From Balanoglossus misakiensis (lineage: Eukaryota; Animalia; Hemichordata): a stretch of DNA of 64,000 bases. Below, piece by piece: positions 12,054-25,348 of the stretch. The DNA lies in contig CM082590.2 in NCBI GenBank assembly GCA_040954595.2, positions 10,008,088 to 10,072,087 of the forward strand, written 5' to 3'. The translations under genes were made by a program, and so were the position numbers. Within the stretch, counting starts at the first letter, position 1; every line of letters starts with the position of its first letter. Under the pieces are notes generated by a model, which was given only the letters and a program-made list of their open reading frames with translations, ran no database searches and was not told the origin of the DNA.

Positions 12054-12780
12054 TGTCACGACACGCTGGCCGTTCGAACCAAAAGGGGGGGGCAATAAAC
12101 CTAACACGGCATGGCTCGTTTTACTCTCAAACCAACCTAGTAGACCGCAACAAGTATAGTCAATGACAGGACACATTATCACCTATTTACAGTTTTAATT
12201 TAATTACAGATAATAGAACAGTAATAAAGTAATAAACACTGTTTACACAAACACCACAAATTAACTTTGAGCAGGAGCAAGTGAGACTCAAGTGAAATTC
12301 AACAAGTCCAGTTCTAAATCCATGACGAACGACGCGACGATACTGGCATGTCTGTCCACTAACGCAAGTTCACGAATTAGAACGCAATAGCCACGAATTA
12401 CCTCAGACACCCAAGTTCCGACGTGTAGTCCACGTAGTATAACCGCGACATGGAAACTCGTGCACTCAGAACGGCTCCAATTCGAAATGCATACCACAGA
12501 CCTGTCCAAAAATCCGGTCGGGCTCCCAATATGTCTTCCGTTGCAGGCACAATTAACATAAAGCGCGCGGGAATCCAAAACTCCTCAGCAAGGAGACAGC
12601 ACGGCTACCAAGTCAGGTGCAAAATAGCATCAAACCAGGGTAGCAGCGTGCGGGCCTTTTATACCAGCGACAATAATGAATTCATAACACCTTCATTGTT
12701 ACGTAAATATTCAAATAACGAAGGCAAACGATAGCCACTTGGTCACTGAAACAATAGCAAAATTAGTCAGCCTCGTAACA
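12054..12780 (-). mobile_element. Solo LTR-like element (Gypsy/BEL-type)
   Basis: The minus strand runs TGTTACGA...TCGTGACA (TG...CA with short inverted termini). It has an internal TATAAAAGG (12655-12663) and an ATTAAA-containing tract toward the 3' end. No clean TSD. Confidence 0.55.
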
Positions 12781-13485
12781 CATCTTACTCAACAAAAACA
12801 CTACACACGTGCATACTGTGCTGAAGATACATTAAAACATGCTTTGGGGAGTTGTACCTGGTGTAACAATCTATTTTTTTGACAGACAAAAATACTCGTC
12901 TGAGTAATCACCAAATATAATCTAACATAACAGCATCGGCATGTGATTACCAGCGACAGGCTAACTAATACAGTTAATTGATATTCATGCAGACGGGGAT
13001 TCTCCTAACCTGATGGATGGTGTACCTGCGCCCATGCTCGACGGAGCAACCAGTCAACGAAGGTTCACGTTTTTATTAATAACAACAGCAGCTGCACTAA
13101 GATCATCCCTCGAGACGCGGGTCGGTCAAGTACTCACCATGGAAAGCCAGCATTCAACAGCCAAAATACACGATACACGGAAAAGGATAATATTTCTTTA
13201 TTCGTGAGGGTCATAATTTTCCCTCTCTTCCTCGGAGATTTGTTGTTTATTAAAGTTGTTCCAATTAAACTTATAGTCCATGCGTACTTTATGTTCATTG
13301 ACCCTTCTACCACGCACTGCAGGTGGATACATAGGTTTTCAACGCATCTATTCAATCCAGGTCACATGACCAAAGTCTATGTTTACTTACCGCATCATAT
13401 ACCACCTAACTGGCACACAAGAGCAATTTTAGTCTGAAACATTTGCCTTTAATAAAATAGATTTTACAATATATTGACTCTTTCT

Positions 13486-13487
<2 letters not shown>

Positions 13488-13526
<39 letters not shown>
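13488..13526. repeat. (TC)n microsatellite
   Basis: Seen directly. Confidence 0.97.
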
Positions 13527-13529
<3 letters not shown>

Positions 13530-14720
13530 ACTTCATCGCAAAAAGAACATGACGTCATCGAACTCAGCGGTGGCAATTTCACGCTTGGTTTTTAATAGTT
13601 TACCATCCACTTAAAAGTTGGTCCCCATGGATGTTTTTCGGCGTATCCTAGCAACCGGGTGTGATGCGGCCGCTGACATAAAAACGTGAAAATGGGTCTA
13701 ATGGGGATTTTGGAAGACCATGAATAATGGAATTGTGAAATTGCCTTTTACTCTCCGCAACAAACACAGCATACATTAAAAATATATAAATATAGTATTA
13801 TTGGGTTTTTTCGAGTATATTTGCATATTGTGTATTATATATGTATATATGTGTGTATATATGTAGTCGAACAAGTCTCCAAACTTTCAAGACGCACAGG
13901 CACAAAACATTTCAAACCACATACACACTAATGGGAAAATCAAGTATATAGGGCATTATAATGTATAGAATCAAAAGGGGCTAGTTTGTCGAACCGGAGG
14001 GGAAATTTACGTCGACAAATCGGCGTTTTCATGTTCGTGTCCTTTGGGACTAATAATTTTAAAAATCCAATTCCGGTAAGCTGTAAAGCAACTTGAAAAA
14101 TCGGCATCAACTAGTAATCGTTGGCCGTCTCCTACCCACACACCTGACAGAATAAAGAAAAATCTATACTCGTAAAAGTTGTCTATATTGTCGGAGTGTT
14201 CGCCGAGATATTTCATCATTCAAAGAGCCTGCGGTCCCCGCGGTGGCTTTTATTCAGCCGAACAGCCATTCATTACGGTATGAGAAGAGGGAGATCAAAG
14301 AGACGCCGAATACGTTTGACTCGCGGCGGTCATCAAGGCAGCCATGAGCGGATTGCCGACTGAATATTCGATGAAGTTTAGAACAAGCTAGGAGCGGTTG
14401 GAATATATATCACGGCCGGGCCACGGATTGGATCCGCCAATACACGCAGTAAATCTTCGTTACTCCATTTTAACGAAACTATGAAGGATCTAAAAGAAAG
14501 CCTCAAATTTTTAGCCAGAATAATTTTTCTAGTGGTGGGTCTTGTGTACAGAGATATTACCGGAGACATACCGAATCTCTGAGTCTTTCCAGTGGGCGTT
14601 TCGAAAAGTGATACTATCCGCGATGACTGCAAAATGATGAATGGCGCTGAAGATTGGCGGATTCGATCGGACTGTTTTTTGTCGCAGGGTTTTACCATCA
14701 ATTGCCTTGACTGACGACAG

Positions 14721-14742
14721 TGATGATGATGATGATGATGAC

Positions 14743-14773
<31 letters not shown>

Positions 14774-14798
14774 GCGGTGGTGGTGATGATGAAGAAGA
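14721..14798. repeat. (GAT)n microsatellite with GGT/GAA tail
   Basis: Seen directly; accounts for the poly-Asp ORF. Confidence 0.95.
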
Positions 14799-15400
14799 AA
14801 ATCGATTGTATAAAATACAACATCTTATTCAATAAAATGTGCCTAGGTTTCATTTAGCGTGTTGTCAATAACTACAATGTGAAACAATGCATGACAAACA
14901 CATGACGCAAGATATTCATTTTGTAACAATATGATTTTTTATTAGCATGTAAAACTGTCACTTATCACTAAATGTCCCTGTAGAATCTGAGTTTAACAGC
15001 ACGTGTAATTTGTCTGTTGTTTTCGATTGGGGTCGTAGGTCAAATGCTGACCTACATAGCGTAAAATTTGCACTATAAAAGTTAATAATAAATGAGAAAT
15101 ACACTGGCTATAAAGACAGCTTCATGCACCATGTTTGTTGACAGACAGGAATGAGAAAATACTAAGTGAATGATCGCGTTGGTTTGAGATTCTTACATTT
15201 CTCCATGACCGATCTACTCTTACCACCTGTTGTTATGGCCGCCATGTTTTTTCATCGACGAACAAGAACAGCCTGAAGGAAGATTTACCTATTACGGCAG
15301 ACACTACGACCCCAGGTTACTCGTCAGGAGGTCATAAGTCTCTCATATACCCAACTGTTATCCCAAATTCCATCTATTCGAATCACTTGTCGTTCGTTCC

Positions 15401-15577
15401 ATACAGAAGTCGTCATGCGCGCTAGTGGGCATCCAAAACTAACATCCAAATGAAGTACACGTTCGCCTGTTCTCCGAGACTGGCGAACAACAGGACAAAT
15501 GTGGATGTCTGTTCGTCAGAAGGGATGAAAGAGACCGACATCTTGGCAGTGTTGTGACGTATGGGAGCTTATATTAA
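15401..15577 (+). pseudogene. Decayed THAP zinc-finger-like coding remnant (transposon-derived)
   Basis: One frame reads (I)QKSSCALVGIQN*HPNEVHVRLFSETGEQQDKCGCLFVRRDERDRHLGSVVTYGSLY. This follows THAP spacing (MxxxCxxxGCxN...LHxFP...RxKWxxFVRR...CSxHF), with key residues mutated. Confidence 0.4.
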
Positions 15578-16879
15578 ATAAGTATCATGGAGTGAAAGTC
15601 AAACGTGTACTTGTACTATGTGAGGACAACCACGAGTGGCAACTGATTTAACCCCAAAGTTCCACGCGTCTAATTTTCAACTCACACTTTTTGATCAAAA
15701 TTCCCAGTCCTTGCCTGAACGATTCCTCGACTACAGCTGTGGTCGCTCGCTAGATGAAATAATCTGATTTTGGCTCCAAAAGTGTAGCGAAATTCCCCAG
15801 GATTCGGACAGAAACTCGCGGATTGCGAGAGTTGGCGGGAAGCCGGCCGAACGACAGGGCTATACGGTTACCGAACTAAACGAGATGACAGAATCAAAAT
15901 AAGTGCTCGTGAGGGACACTTGATAGGTCGGTCAGCTCTTCTGAAATGTGCTAATTGTAATGTTTGGAATATCACGGTAGATTTATTGGCGACCACAAGG
16001 AAAACCAGGCTGTACCCTGGACTGGAATTAAACCGATTTCTGTTCCAGTCAATCTGTGCCGATAGAACGTTCACATTTCATGCATATATACATACATACA
16101 TACTCTGAAAATGTCAGAACCCGTGTACATATCAACAAATAATACACCACATTCTTGCAGACGACATGTCGGAACGCGAGATGTTGCGAGAAAATCACAA
16201 ATTCGACTTTTCATTTCAATATAATGCTTACAACGCCAACGTTACTACACGTTGATAAACTGTTCACATAATTTTGCTTTCGGATAAAAAATGAATCCGA
16301 AAACATATAATCGTGAATGAATTTACCAGGAAATCAGTAACAGACTATAACCTTGACTGTGTACTTTTGTAGTCAGCAAAATTCTTGCATGGCGATCGCA
16401 AAAGTATCCTATAGTATGTCGGCACTGGTGTCCTGCAATAAGTACGGTGAAACACAAGAAAGCACGTTTCCATGCTAAAAATAACAAACGGAACAGATTT
16501 TAAACACACACGCACCGAAGCAGTAGAATCTATGAGCGGCTGGGTAAAATATTCCCAGATTTACACCAAAATTACTTCTTAATACTGATAAACTGTATTG
16601 TATTACAAAAATATAAAATATCTTAAAAACAAATTATGTTAAGAAATCCGGAAGACGTGAATATATGGCTTATAAACACAGTATAACAATACTAATACAC
16701 ATTTTCATTATTTACGTGCATACAGGCTATAATATACGATGTAAATAAGACTAGCTCCTTTGCCTAATGGTTGAGAGAAAATGCTTACTTTTACTCAAAT
16801 TACTACTTTTTATAAAATAGATTTGTTAAATTCTTATCGACTGAACAAAACAATAGTTGATTAAAGTGTTAGAATGCTT

Positions 16880-16885
16880 TTTATT
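16880..16885 (-). terminator. Candidate poly(A) signal for Hox8 (3' UTR about 1.8 kb)
   Basis: AATAAA on the minus strand followed by a GT/T-rich tract (ATTGTTTTGTT). An alternative AATAAA lies near 17392. Confidence 0.4.
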
Positions 16886-18644
16886 GTTAAAAAGCTTTAA
16901 ACGTTTTGGACGTCTTGTTTGAAAACAGTAGGTATTTTTATAGCTTGTCCGTGCGACTCATAAATTTCCAAGCTTACTACTTAAATTCTGCCCTTGTTTT
17001 CTTTATCAGGGTCTAGGCGGTTCATTGATCAAAGCCTGTTTAAGCTTTAAAACTGTTTTGTTTATATATTGTACGAAATCAACGTAGCGTGACTGGCCTT
17101 CGCATATTCGGGGTGTGCCAGATCGTCCCATATTTAAAATTAGATTGTTCAGAACCCCAGCTATTATATTCCCCCTTTCCCACTCATCTCAAAAAGTAGT
17201 TTTCTCTTGTGGTTACACGTATTGCGGTTATGAAAACTGCCTCTCGAGGGGGACTTGAATCTCAAAATGGAGAAAACACACCACAGACAGTCCTGGCTTC
17301 GAGAAAATTTACAAATAGTTTGAATCTTGTTTTTCTTTTGGCTCATCCCCAGTGTCCATTGACAAAATATTTGAGAGAAATATTCTAAAGTTTATTAGAA
17401 AACATCTGAAGCTAAAATTTGCTATGTTTGACATGTGCTCTTTCAGAGGCGAACAACTTCCTACCCGCCTCACAGTCTTTGCATGTTACCCCCCCCCCAC
17501 ACACACACACAAAGGCTGCGAAAAAACAATATTGCTAACGATAAATCCACACTTCCTTTGGCAGAAAACACTGCGATAATTCATAATTAAGATCAATTTT
17601 GCGCTTTACGCGGGCAGGCGTTGTTAGACGGCAATTTTTGCTTGTAGGACGGTGTTTTGGAAATGGAGCGCTGATTTAGGCAACCTCAAGCCCTCAGCAG
17701 GCTACGAATTTCATGAGACTGACATACTTGAAGAGTGCAGTTCAAAGCTAAGACTAGAGTGAGTACAGTGCATTTTTCTTTGGCGATAGAAACATTACGC
17801 CTTCTTTTGCCAAAACGTTGGTTATTTGTGTTAAATTTTAAGGTTACGTGTCCTCAAACACGCGCGGACATACACACTTTAGGGCGGCCAAGTTGGCCCC
17901 GAACACCCTGGCAGACGGTCAAAGAAACGGCGAGAAAAATTTCAGCTTTCTTTCACGGCTCCCAAGTCGTGAACGATTGGGGATTGACCCTCCAACATAT
18001 TGCAAATTATTCTACATCTAACCAAAGTACTCTGTCGGGTTTAATCAAAATGGAGGGAAGCTAAATCCACGCGGAGGTAATAGAATACTTATTTTTCATT
18101 TTGACCTGAAAATATGGCATGTTATGATTTCAACAGACGACAGACTAGTTCTACTTTCAAAACGCTCACAACATAATGAAGAATCCGGGAATAACAGAAA
18201 TCCGAACACGTGCTACGTTCTAGCGTGCACTGTAAGCAGCCTTGGCATTTTCAAAAACCCTATATAATCTTACCTGGTGTATATAATAAAGACATTTTAA
18301 GAAATTCACTCTGATTTGGAAGGTAAGTGGAAGAATTCGAAATAGTTGCACGTGAATACTATATTGGCGTTGATACAAGACTGTGATATCGTCCGTTCAT
18401 AACACATTTCAATGACAGCCAAGACTGTTTCCCCCTCCATATTGCTGAGCCATATTTCTCTATGTAAATTCTATTGAATTCCTTCAAAGCTATTGTTTCG
18501 ACTAAAACTGTGTAACAAGTCGGTATGAGGTAATGTCTGTCTGCTGTTTGGCAACAAAATTGAGGAAAATTTTGACCTCATTCGGAGAAATATGGCGCGA
18601 AGAAATGTAGACGCCGCCTGACCGGGTTGTCGCGTCGCGCGCCT

Positions 18645-18940
18645 TCACTGTTTGGCGTCACAGGTCTTACTGTTTGTTTCAATTTTTGGCGCGTTTTCCG
18701 ATTTCCCGGGGAAATTCGTGTCGACGTTTTCCTTCTTGCCTTCCTTCTTCTGTTTCATCCGTCGGTTCTGGAACCAGATTTTGATTTGTCGCTCCGAGAG
18801 TCCCACAATCTGCGAGATTTCGATTCGTCGTTTGCGCGTCAGGTATTGGTTGAAGTGGAACTCTTTCTCCAACTCCAAGGTCTGAAATCGCGTGTACGTT
18901 TGCCTGCCTCGTCGTTTGTCTGTCCCGACAATCTGTGTCC
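18645..18940 (-). CDS. Hox8: Central-class Hox gene (Hox8-like), coding exon 2 with homeobox
   Basis: Acceptor TTTCCTGCAG|GG at 18941/18940 is in phase with exon 1 and gives [67 protein letters not shown]...DAKQ*. [18 protein letters not shown] resembles ambulacrarian Hox8 as recalled. Spliced CDS is 783 nt. Confidence 0.92.
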
Positions 18941-21738
18941 CTGCAGGAAATAAACAAGCAAATCATCTATGAGATTTAACTTGACCTAGTGAATATATCT
19001 TGGAAAATATCGTCAAAATACATGCCGCACTTGATCGCGAAAGGATGATGGCGGAATGAAAATTCATTTTCCTGTGTCTGAGAATTACAACATAACTCAA
19101 ACATACATAGCCCCTTTTCAGCATTTTATCCAAAGAAAGAAGTGGGCAATAAACGAAGCCGACTGTACAGCAATTAAGTTGAAAACAGGTTTCATATCAT
19201 GTATATGCACAAAACAAACATAATGTGTTTTCGAACCTCAACGATTTGAATACCGGTTCGTGAACGTGACTACCTGAGCTAGCATCGCATCGCATCGCAT
19301 CGACGCCATGTTGTCTACCCGTAGTAAAAACAAAATGTATAAAATTGATACAAAATGTATCGATATGCTGGATTAATTAGAATATTTTGAATAAAGACCC
19401 ACGGCTTTGGTGAAAATATAACGTGGGAGATTTGACATTTACTCATTTCCACGCATGAAGCTAATACAGACTGCAGTCGGCCATTCGATGTCCCTCTCTG
19501 GTTCTAGTCTGCCGTGTTTTCCGTCATTTTACATCGGATTTTCCCGCCAACACTACAATTTGCCGATCAAGAAAAGTCAGATGTGGCCAGCCAAATTTCC
19601 GTCTTGATTTGCTAGGATCTGGGTAAGTCGTACACGATAATGACCGCCTTATATCGTCGCGTTGGTTCGGTTTTTGTATCCCCGGCCTGGTTATGGGCTA
19701 AAACGACCTTCAACTTACATTTATGCAAAATTTAAGACTACTTTCATAGAAACTAGTGTCTTACACAGCCTTTTGAGAATCTCTCTCTGTCTGTCTCTGT
19801 CTCCCTCCCTCTCCCCCTCCCCCTCTCCCTGTCCACGCAAATAATTAGGGAACTAAACAGATGACCTCGACCAAATTACAAAATACCCTTTCAGAGAGAT
19901 GTGGATTTTTACAACGAATAACAACGGGCTTGCAGATCAAATCAAACCATCCCACAGTGGTTAGATTTTTACAATAATTCTAGTCAACTCAAATTTACCT
20001 CGAATTCCTGGACATAATATTGCGTTAGCTCACGAAAATACAATCAAATATTTCGAGACCGTTTTATCATATTTATTTGAATCCTAAACCATAATGAACG
20101 ACAAAATTGACTCTCAAGTCTTCACAAAAATAAAACAGCGACTATGATGCATGCCCTTTTTACGAATTATCATCAAAATAGAAAGTCTCATCTTGCAAAT
20201 ATAACACTATGGATTAGTGCTAGCGTACATAATATATTGTCATTTTTTGGTGCGGATTTTGCTTCGTTTTACTGGTTGTCAGCGGGTTGGAAATTTAATG
20301 ACATTTTTTACGACTTCGGTAGTCACTCTATTTTTCAATCAGCAAATCTAAAACTTGACAGGAGAATATCAAAGTGTATTTCGAGTCTGTAATCTTGGTG
20401 CTAATCGTGTTGCATATCTGTGATAGAAATCTCTCAGGAAATTCAATGACTGAAAATAAAAAAGGGGGAAGATATGTGATATAGTGATAGCTAGAAACTT
20501 AGAAAGGCAGGGTGAAAGGTACTAACTTTGAAGTCGCGTAGACAACACTGTGTTGCTTTGATTGTGAGAGTAGCAAAATAATTTGTGACGTTACACACAC
20601 GGCTGTCGTTCACTGTTTTCCCGCGCTGCAGAACTGTGTTGACTGCATTCAGTATCATGTTAGTGCGCTGGGGAATCCCAATTTTATGTATGTTACTAAA
20701 AATGACCGTCTGTTGCACTGATCATAAAATAAAACTCACTAGGTCGAATTTTACGAGCTGATCGTTTCTCAAACTACCGACAAGCAGGCTGTAAAAATCT
20801 CCGACGCAGAGCTGTCACGGACCAGGGAACCTCGAATCTCCGTGAAGGTAACACCGGCGTTAACTCTTTTAAGTGATTCTAAATGAATATATTCAAATGA
20901 CCAAAAATTAAAAACAGAAAACCATTACAAAACATCAGAAAATATGTTTCAAGCCGCTAAATCGTAGTTTGATGACCCGTTACAAGGCGAGGTAAACGCG
21001 CTCTCTTCATGAAACAACTGATTTACGGTTGGATCATAAAATCACAAGATCGAGGCAGACGAGAATAATAAAATAAGATTGAAATTTGTCTGAAATATGA
21101 GCAGGCTATTTTTAGCTGAGGTTGACCTACCTATTCTATGATTATCATTATGATTGTCTTGTAGGTTCTATTTTGAGCGGGAACATAAAAAAGGTCTTTC
21201 CCCAAACACTACATTTTACTACTGTTTTGATGACGTCTCTGGACTACAGGTTTTGGATGCAAGTCAATAAAATGCTGGAAATCTTAGCTTTTTCTGAATT
21301 TATGTTGACTTAACCTGAAACATATATCAAGTTATATTAATTTCAGCAGCCTTTACTACTTCTGAACGTTTCATAAATAGAAAAGTGCAATTTTTTTTTA
21401 AATACATACTTGTCATCAATGAGCTTACGTAAGGTCATTGTGTTGCGCAAAGTCGTTTTCGTTTTTGTTCACAAAAGGATGGAATTTGCATTTTAGGTCC
21501 CCCAGGATTATTGTTTTTTTTTTTGCAGTGTTGGTCTTTTTTAGCATGGCGTGGATTAGGGGATGCGTCATTTTCCTGGGCTGAGCTATCATGCAGCCCC
21601 GGGTCCTTGATTTGAAATACGGCCTCTCCTGACTTTATTGGCGAAGGTCGACAACTATGGAGCACTTTAGGCCTGTGGGTGTCTGCATTTACGAGAACAC
21701 AGCACAAATTGTCGGTCAGTTCGGATTCTGTCGCCTAC
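18941..21738 (-). other. Hox8 intron (2798 bp, GT-AG, phase 1)
   Basis: Canonical donor and pyrimidine-rich acceptor join the hexapeptide exon to the homeobox exon in frame, at the usual Hox intron position. Confidence 0.9.
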
Positions 21739-22225
21739 CTGGCACCTTCATCCAACTGTAGACGGGGATTTTCACGTTTGGCGGCGGGGTATCGTCGCTC
21801 GCCCGCTGGCTGTGGCTCTCGTCACGGGAGGGCGCGAGACAGGCCTTCCGGTAGTGGGCCGCCGCGGTCACGGCGCTGCCCGGCCCCGGGTTGTATGGAT
21901 CTGACATTCCGTCGTAATTTCTGGAGTCCCAAGCGTTGGCGATGGACGAGTACAAGCCGCTATAGTTGGTCATTTCACCGAATCCCATGCTATAATTAAA
22001 ACTTTGCGAGTAGCTGTGCGTCGGATAGGCAACAGGGCCATGGCTGGTTTGGTACGGTAGTTGCAGGGTACCTCCATAAGTTGCATACTGGCCACCCGAT
22101 GAGCTCTTTAAGTAGCTGTTGTTATTTTTCGCTTTGGTCGGCTGCACAGGCTCGAATCCACTCGGATACCATGCGTCGCCCGGCTGGTATTTTGAAATCA
22201 AAGAATTCACGAAATAGGAAGTCAT
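21739..22225 (-). CDS. Hox8: Central-class Hox gene (Hox8-like), coding exon 1
   Basis: ATG at 22225 opens MTSYFVNSLISKY, the SSYF-type N-terminal motif of Hox6-8 proteins. The exon ends with the hexapeptide variant VYSWMKVP followed by a phase-1 donor CCAG|GTAGGC at 21739/21738. Paralog assignment rests on the homeodomain residues and on adjacency to Hox9/10. Confidence 0.9.
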
Positions 22226-22500
22226 CGGAGGGTGATTTAGGGCCTTTTCGGTCGCTTTTATGGTTCTCCGCAGAAAAGTTTTTACGATTTCACCACGCTC
22301 GTAAAGCCGCCCTGAACTTTTGTCATGTGATAGCGGTGACTCTTTGAAGTCCCCTCTGGCCAATCACGGGCCTTTTAACGTCGTGCCAACAAGCACTTGA
22401 CCAATTGCAGCGTCGGTTGTATAATTTTATAGTTTAGAGCCGAGGCTGTAAATATGATAATAATGGACGATTTTATGTGTTTGCATTCACATGACAATTT
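22226..22500 (-). promoter_or_regulatory. Hox8 5' UTR and proximal promoter with clustered Hox/Cdx-type sites
   Basis: Directly upstream of the ATG. Contains TTTTATGG, TTTTACGA, CTCGTAAA, TTTTATAG, TTTTATG and two CCAAT boxes within ~250 bp. Confidence 0.55.
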
Positions 22501-25348
22501 CTTCACGTCCCAAATGACACTCACAAATCATTTTTAGCGCTCTGTCTTTGCCATATTCTTATAATCTGTCTGCAAAACTCTCCTCTCGCCTATCTCCACA
22601 ACTCGAGTACCTGACTAGACGGGTATAAATTTCCCCAAAATTCTTCCAAACGACAATTTTGACCTTGGTCAAGAAAAGTATGCCTTTTTATTGCTGGCGT
22701 GATCTTTTAGAGTCTAGATGTGAGACGACTGAGGCATTTGTAGTGCAAACTTAGGACCTAGAGTCTGACATTTTTAGAGGGGAGATATACAATTTAATGG
22801 CCGTGTCCCAGTCAAGACGGCATTAAAATAAAAATGGGGACGTCCTCCGAAAAGTGAAAACAAGTCGGCTATCGTTTATAGCTTCATTATAAGGTTTTGC
22901 TTATTCTTATAGTCGTTTAACGGTGTATATGAAACACTTGCTCATCTTGTTTCACTCTGTCTGGATTATTCTGGCTTCGGGTTGTTTGGGACGTTTACGG
23001 GTTCATCCTCGCCGGCTGATGAGTTGGAATGCATCTCGAAGACATGGTAGGCAAAATTCCCTTCTATGTCTCACGTAATTTGTGATGAATGGGTTTCCCG
23101 CCAAGAACAGAATTCTGACGACACTGCTTCGCTACTCACTCATGCTTGTTTATGCATTGAGTTGGCGGGTTTTAATGAATGTAGCGAAATGTAGCGAGTT
23201 TAATTTTCCAAGGCAGCCCTGCGTTTGACAATTGAAGTGACATGGCCGGGATAAATATGACTAGTGTCTCAGTTCGCGGAAGGGAAGAGATTTTTAGTGA
23301 ATCATTTTTGGGGTTAAGGTACTCGATCGACATAATCAGGTTCGTGACTTCGAGACAAGTGCGGGGTGTCCTTACAATCGGCATAAATAGCCAGGCGGCC
23401 GACCAATAAGAGTTGTCCGCGCTATTCGCTTCTTTATTTCACAAACACCTTTGAGGAATCCGCCATGTTTTGAAAGACATGTACTTCCTAAACTTGGATC
23501 GGCAGCATACACTGTCACAGGGACTCCACAGTGACAGATTTCCCCGTGTCCTCACAGAGGTCAAAGGGCATAAAAATGGCCAACTTGGATATGTCATACG
23601 AGAGGCGGAATTTGACTCGATTTTCAGACTTTCACAAGCACAGTGACCTACATGTGATGACGTTATCTGGTGATATATTATCGCGAGCAAAAGCGAGTGA
23701 CTTCTGATACGGCAGCCAAGCCTTATCAAAAATTATATTCGTCATGTTTTGCGGCATGTACATTATGTTTCAGCTTTTATCAGTTTTGTTCGGCGAGTCG
23801 CTTCAGACATCTCACGCTCAAGTCGTTAAAACTCGCCAAATTCAGAATTCCAAGATTTTCCCAACGACAAGCATTTTCCCCTCGGCACAATTTGTAATTA
23901 TAATTAAGGGTACGGACCTAAAAAGTTTCCCATAACATGGCAGCTAACTTCAGTAGGACACTCAGTAATAAACGTTGAGACAAAAATAGACATATTTTAC
24001 AGCAAACTGGAAATGACAATTTGTAATTGCACTGGGAGAAAATTGTCAATTAAAAGCTATCCCAGCAACGAGGTAAACTCAGTGTTAAAACCAACAGATC
24101 TCTGATCCCCAAAGTCAGTCTGTCAATTCATCAGGAGTCTCTGTGGCTCATTCCGTTACCATGACAGTAAATTTTGTGTCCTCTTGTCGCAGAGGGAATC
24201 ACCTACTTCATGTAACGTAAAGTTTCCTCAAACTTGTAAATATATTTCCGGAAACAGAAAATAACGGAAAATGGTATATGTTATAATTGTTTATTTTCTT
24301 CCGGTCTATTGTTAGTTGTTGTTTTTAGTGGTTCCCTACCCTGAAAAGTACTAGCGCCTAATTAGTAATTTATTCTGTGAATCAATCAATCAATCAATTA
24401 ATTAAATTTCATGGGAGGTCATTCAAGTTAACTAAATAGCCCAGAGAACGAAAGCTCGTGTAGTGTGACCCCACGCGCATCTCACGCTTTTTAAACTGCC
24501 GCGGTGATAACTTTACTTTTCTATTGGAAATTTTAAACCGCTGTGCTTTCACCCAGAGTTGACTTGTACCTTTTCCCGTTGTGGTGAGCACGCGACCGCT
24601 GTTGAGGGCGAACTTGGAAATCCGCGCGACAACCTAGTCGTCGGTTGGCCCGCCGGGCTGCTGCATTGGTTACAGTGTTAAAAACCTTCTGTATACTCAC
24701 AGTTGAAGAGACTCTATCGTCTGTTATGTTTCATTGCTTACATTGTGTTCGTGGAGAAGAAAAATACTGAAAAATAGCCAAAACTTGCGACTAATATGCA
24801 ACTTTAACCCGTATTAACACAACGGACACATGTCATTCTAAAAATAACAACGAACACGCACATTGGGAAGTAGAATACAGTCATAGAATTCGCTGAAATG
24901 TATATATGTGACCTTATGTTTCTAGACTGCGTAAAGTCAAAAAAAGAAATGGAAAACTGTGCATTCTGAAATAATATAAAAGCTTAAATTAAAATAAGTT
25001 ATTGTAAAAAGAGCAAACTTTCCCCTATGCTAAAAGCGTGTCAGTTCTACGCCGTGACGGGAGTAGTGAGTCTATACTCGCCGCGTTCGTGAACTACACC
25101 CCTTGGTCATATCCATGTCGGGCGGCGCTGAACCAAGCACGGACCGACCAGCAGTTTTTCTATCCGGACATTTTCATCGACGTGCTTGTTGCTTCCGTGT
25201 CAAAAAATACACGAGTTCTAAAAATGTCACCATGCAAATACGATGGTAGATAAAAAGACCGATATACAAGTATCGGTGGAATTTTCGGCTCATCGAACCA
25301 ATTGTGAAACATACAGATATTTTTGTCCTCCCCTTTCTTTTGCCTCAC

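Noticed and set aside
14641-14835. Poly-Asp ORF
   Set aside because: Explained by the (GAT)n microsatellite.
16860-18644. Seed matches to let-7 (18526), miR-92 (17998), miR-7 (18328) and miR-10 (6-mer at 17905) in the Hox8 3' UTR
   Set aside because: Isolated 6-7-mers are expected by chance in 1.8 kb; conservation data would be needed.
18627-18953. Plus-strand ORFs over the Hox exons (also 40669-40950 and 47800-48069)
   Set aside because: Antisense shadows of real coding exons.
22226-22363. 46-aa N-terminal extension of Hox8 in the ORF track
   Set aside because: It starts at TTG, not ATG. The conserved MTSYFVN motif marks the real start at 22225.
24300-24865. Weak inverted repeat (24305-24330 vs 24835-24860), and a similar one at 32753-32968
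   Set aside because: Short, AT-rich and degenerate; possibly old MITEs, but the boundaries cannot be supported.
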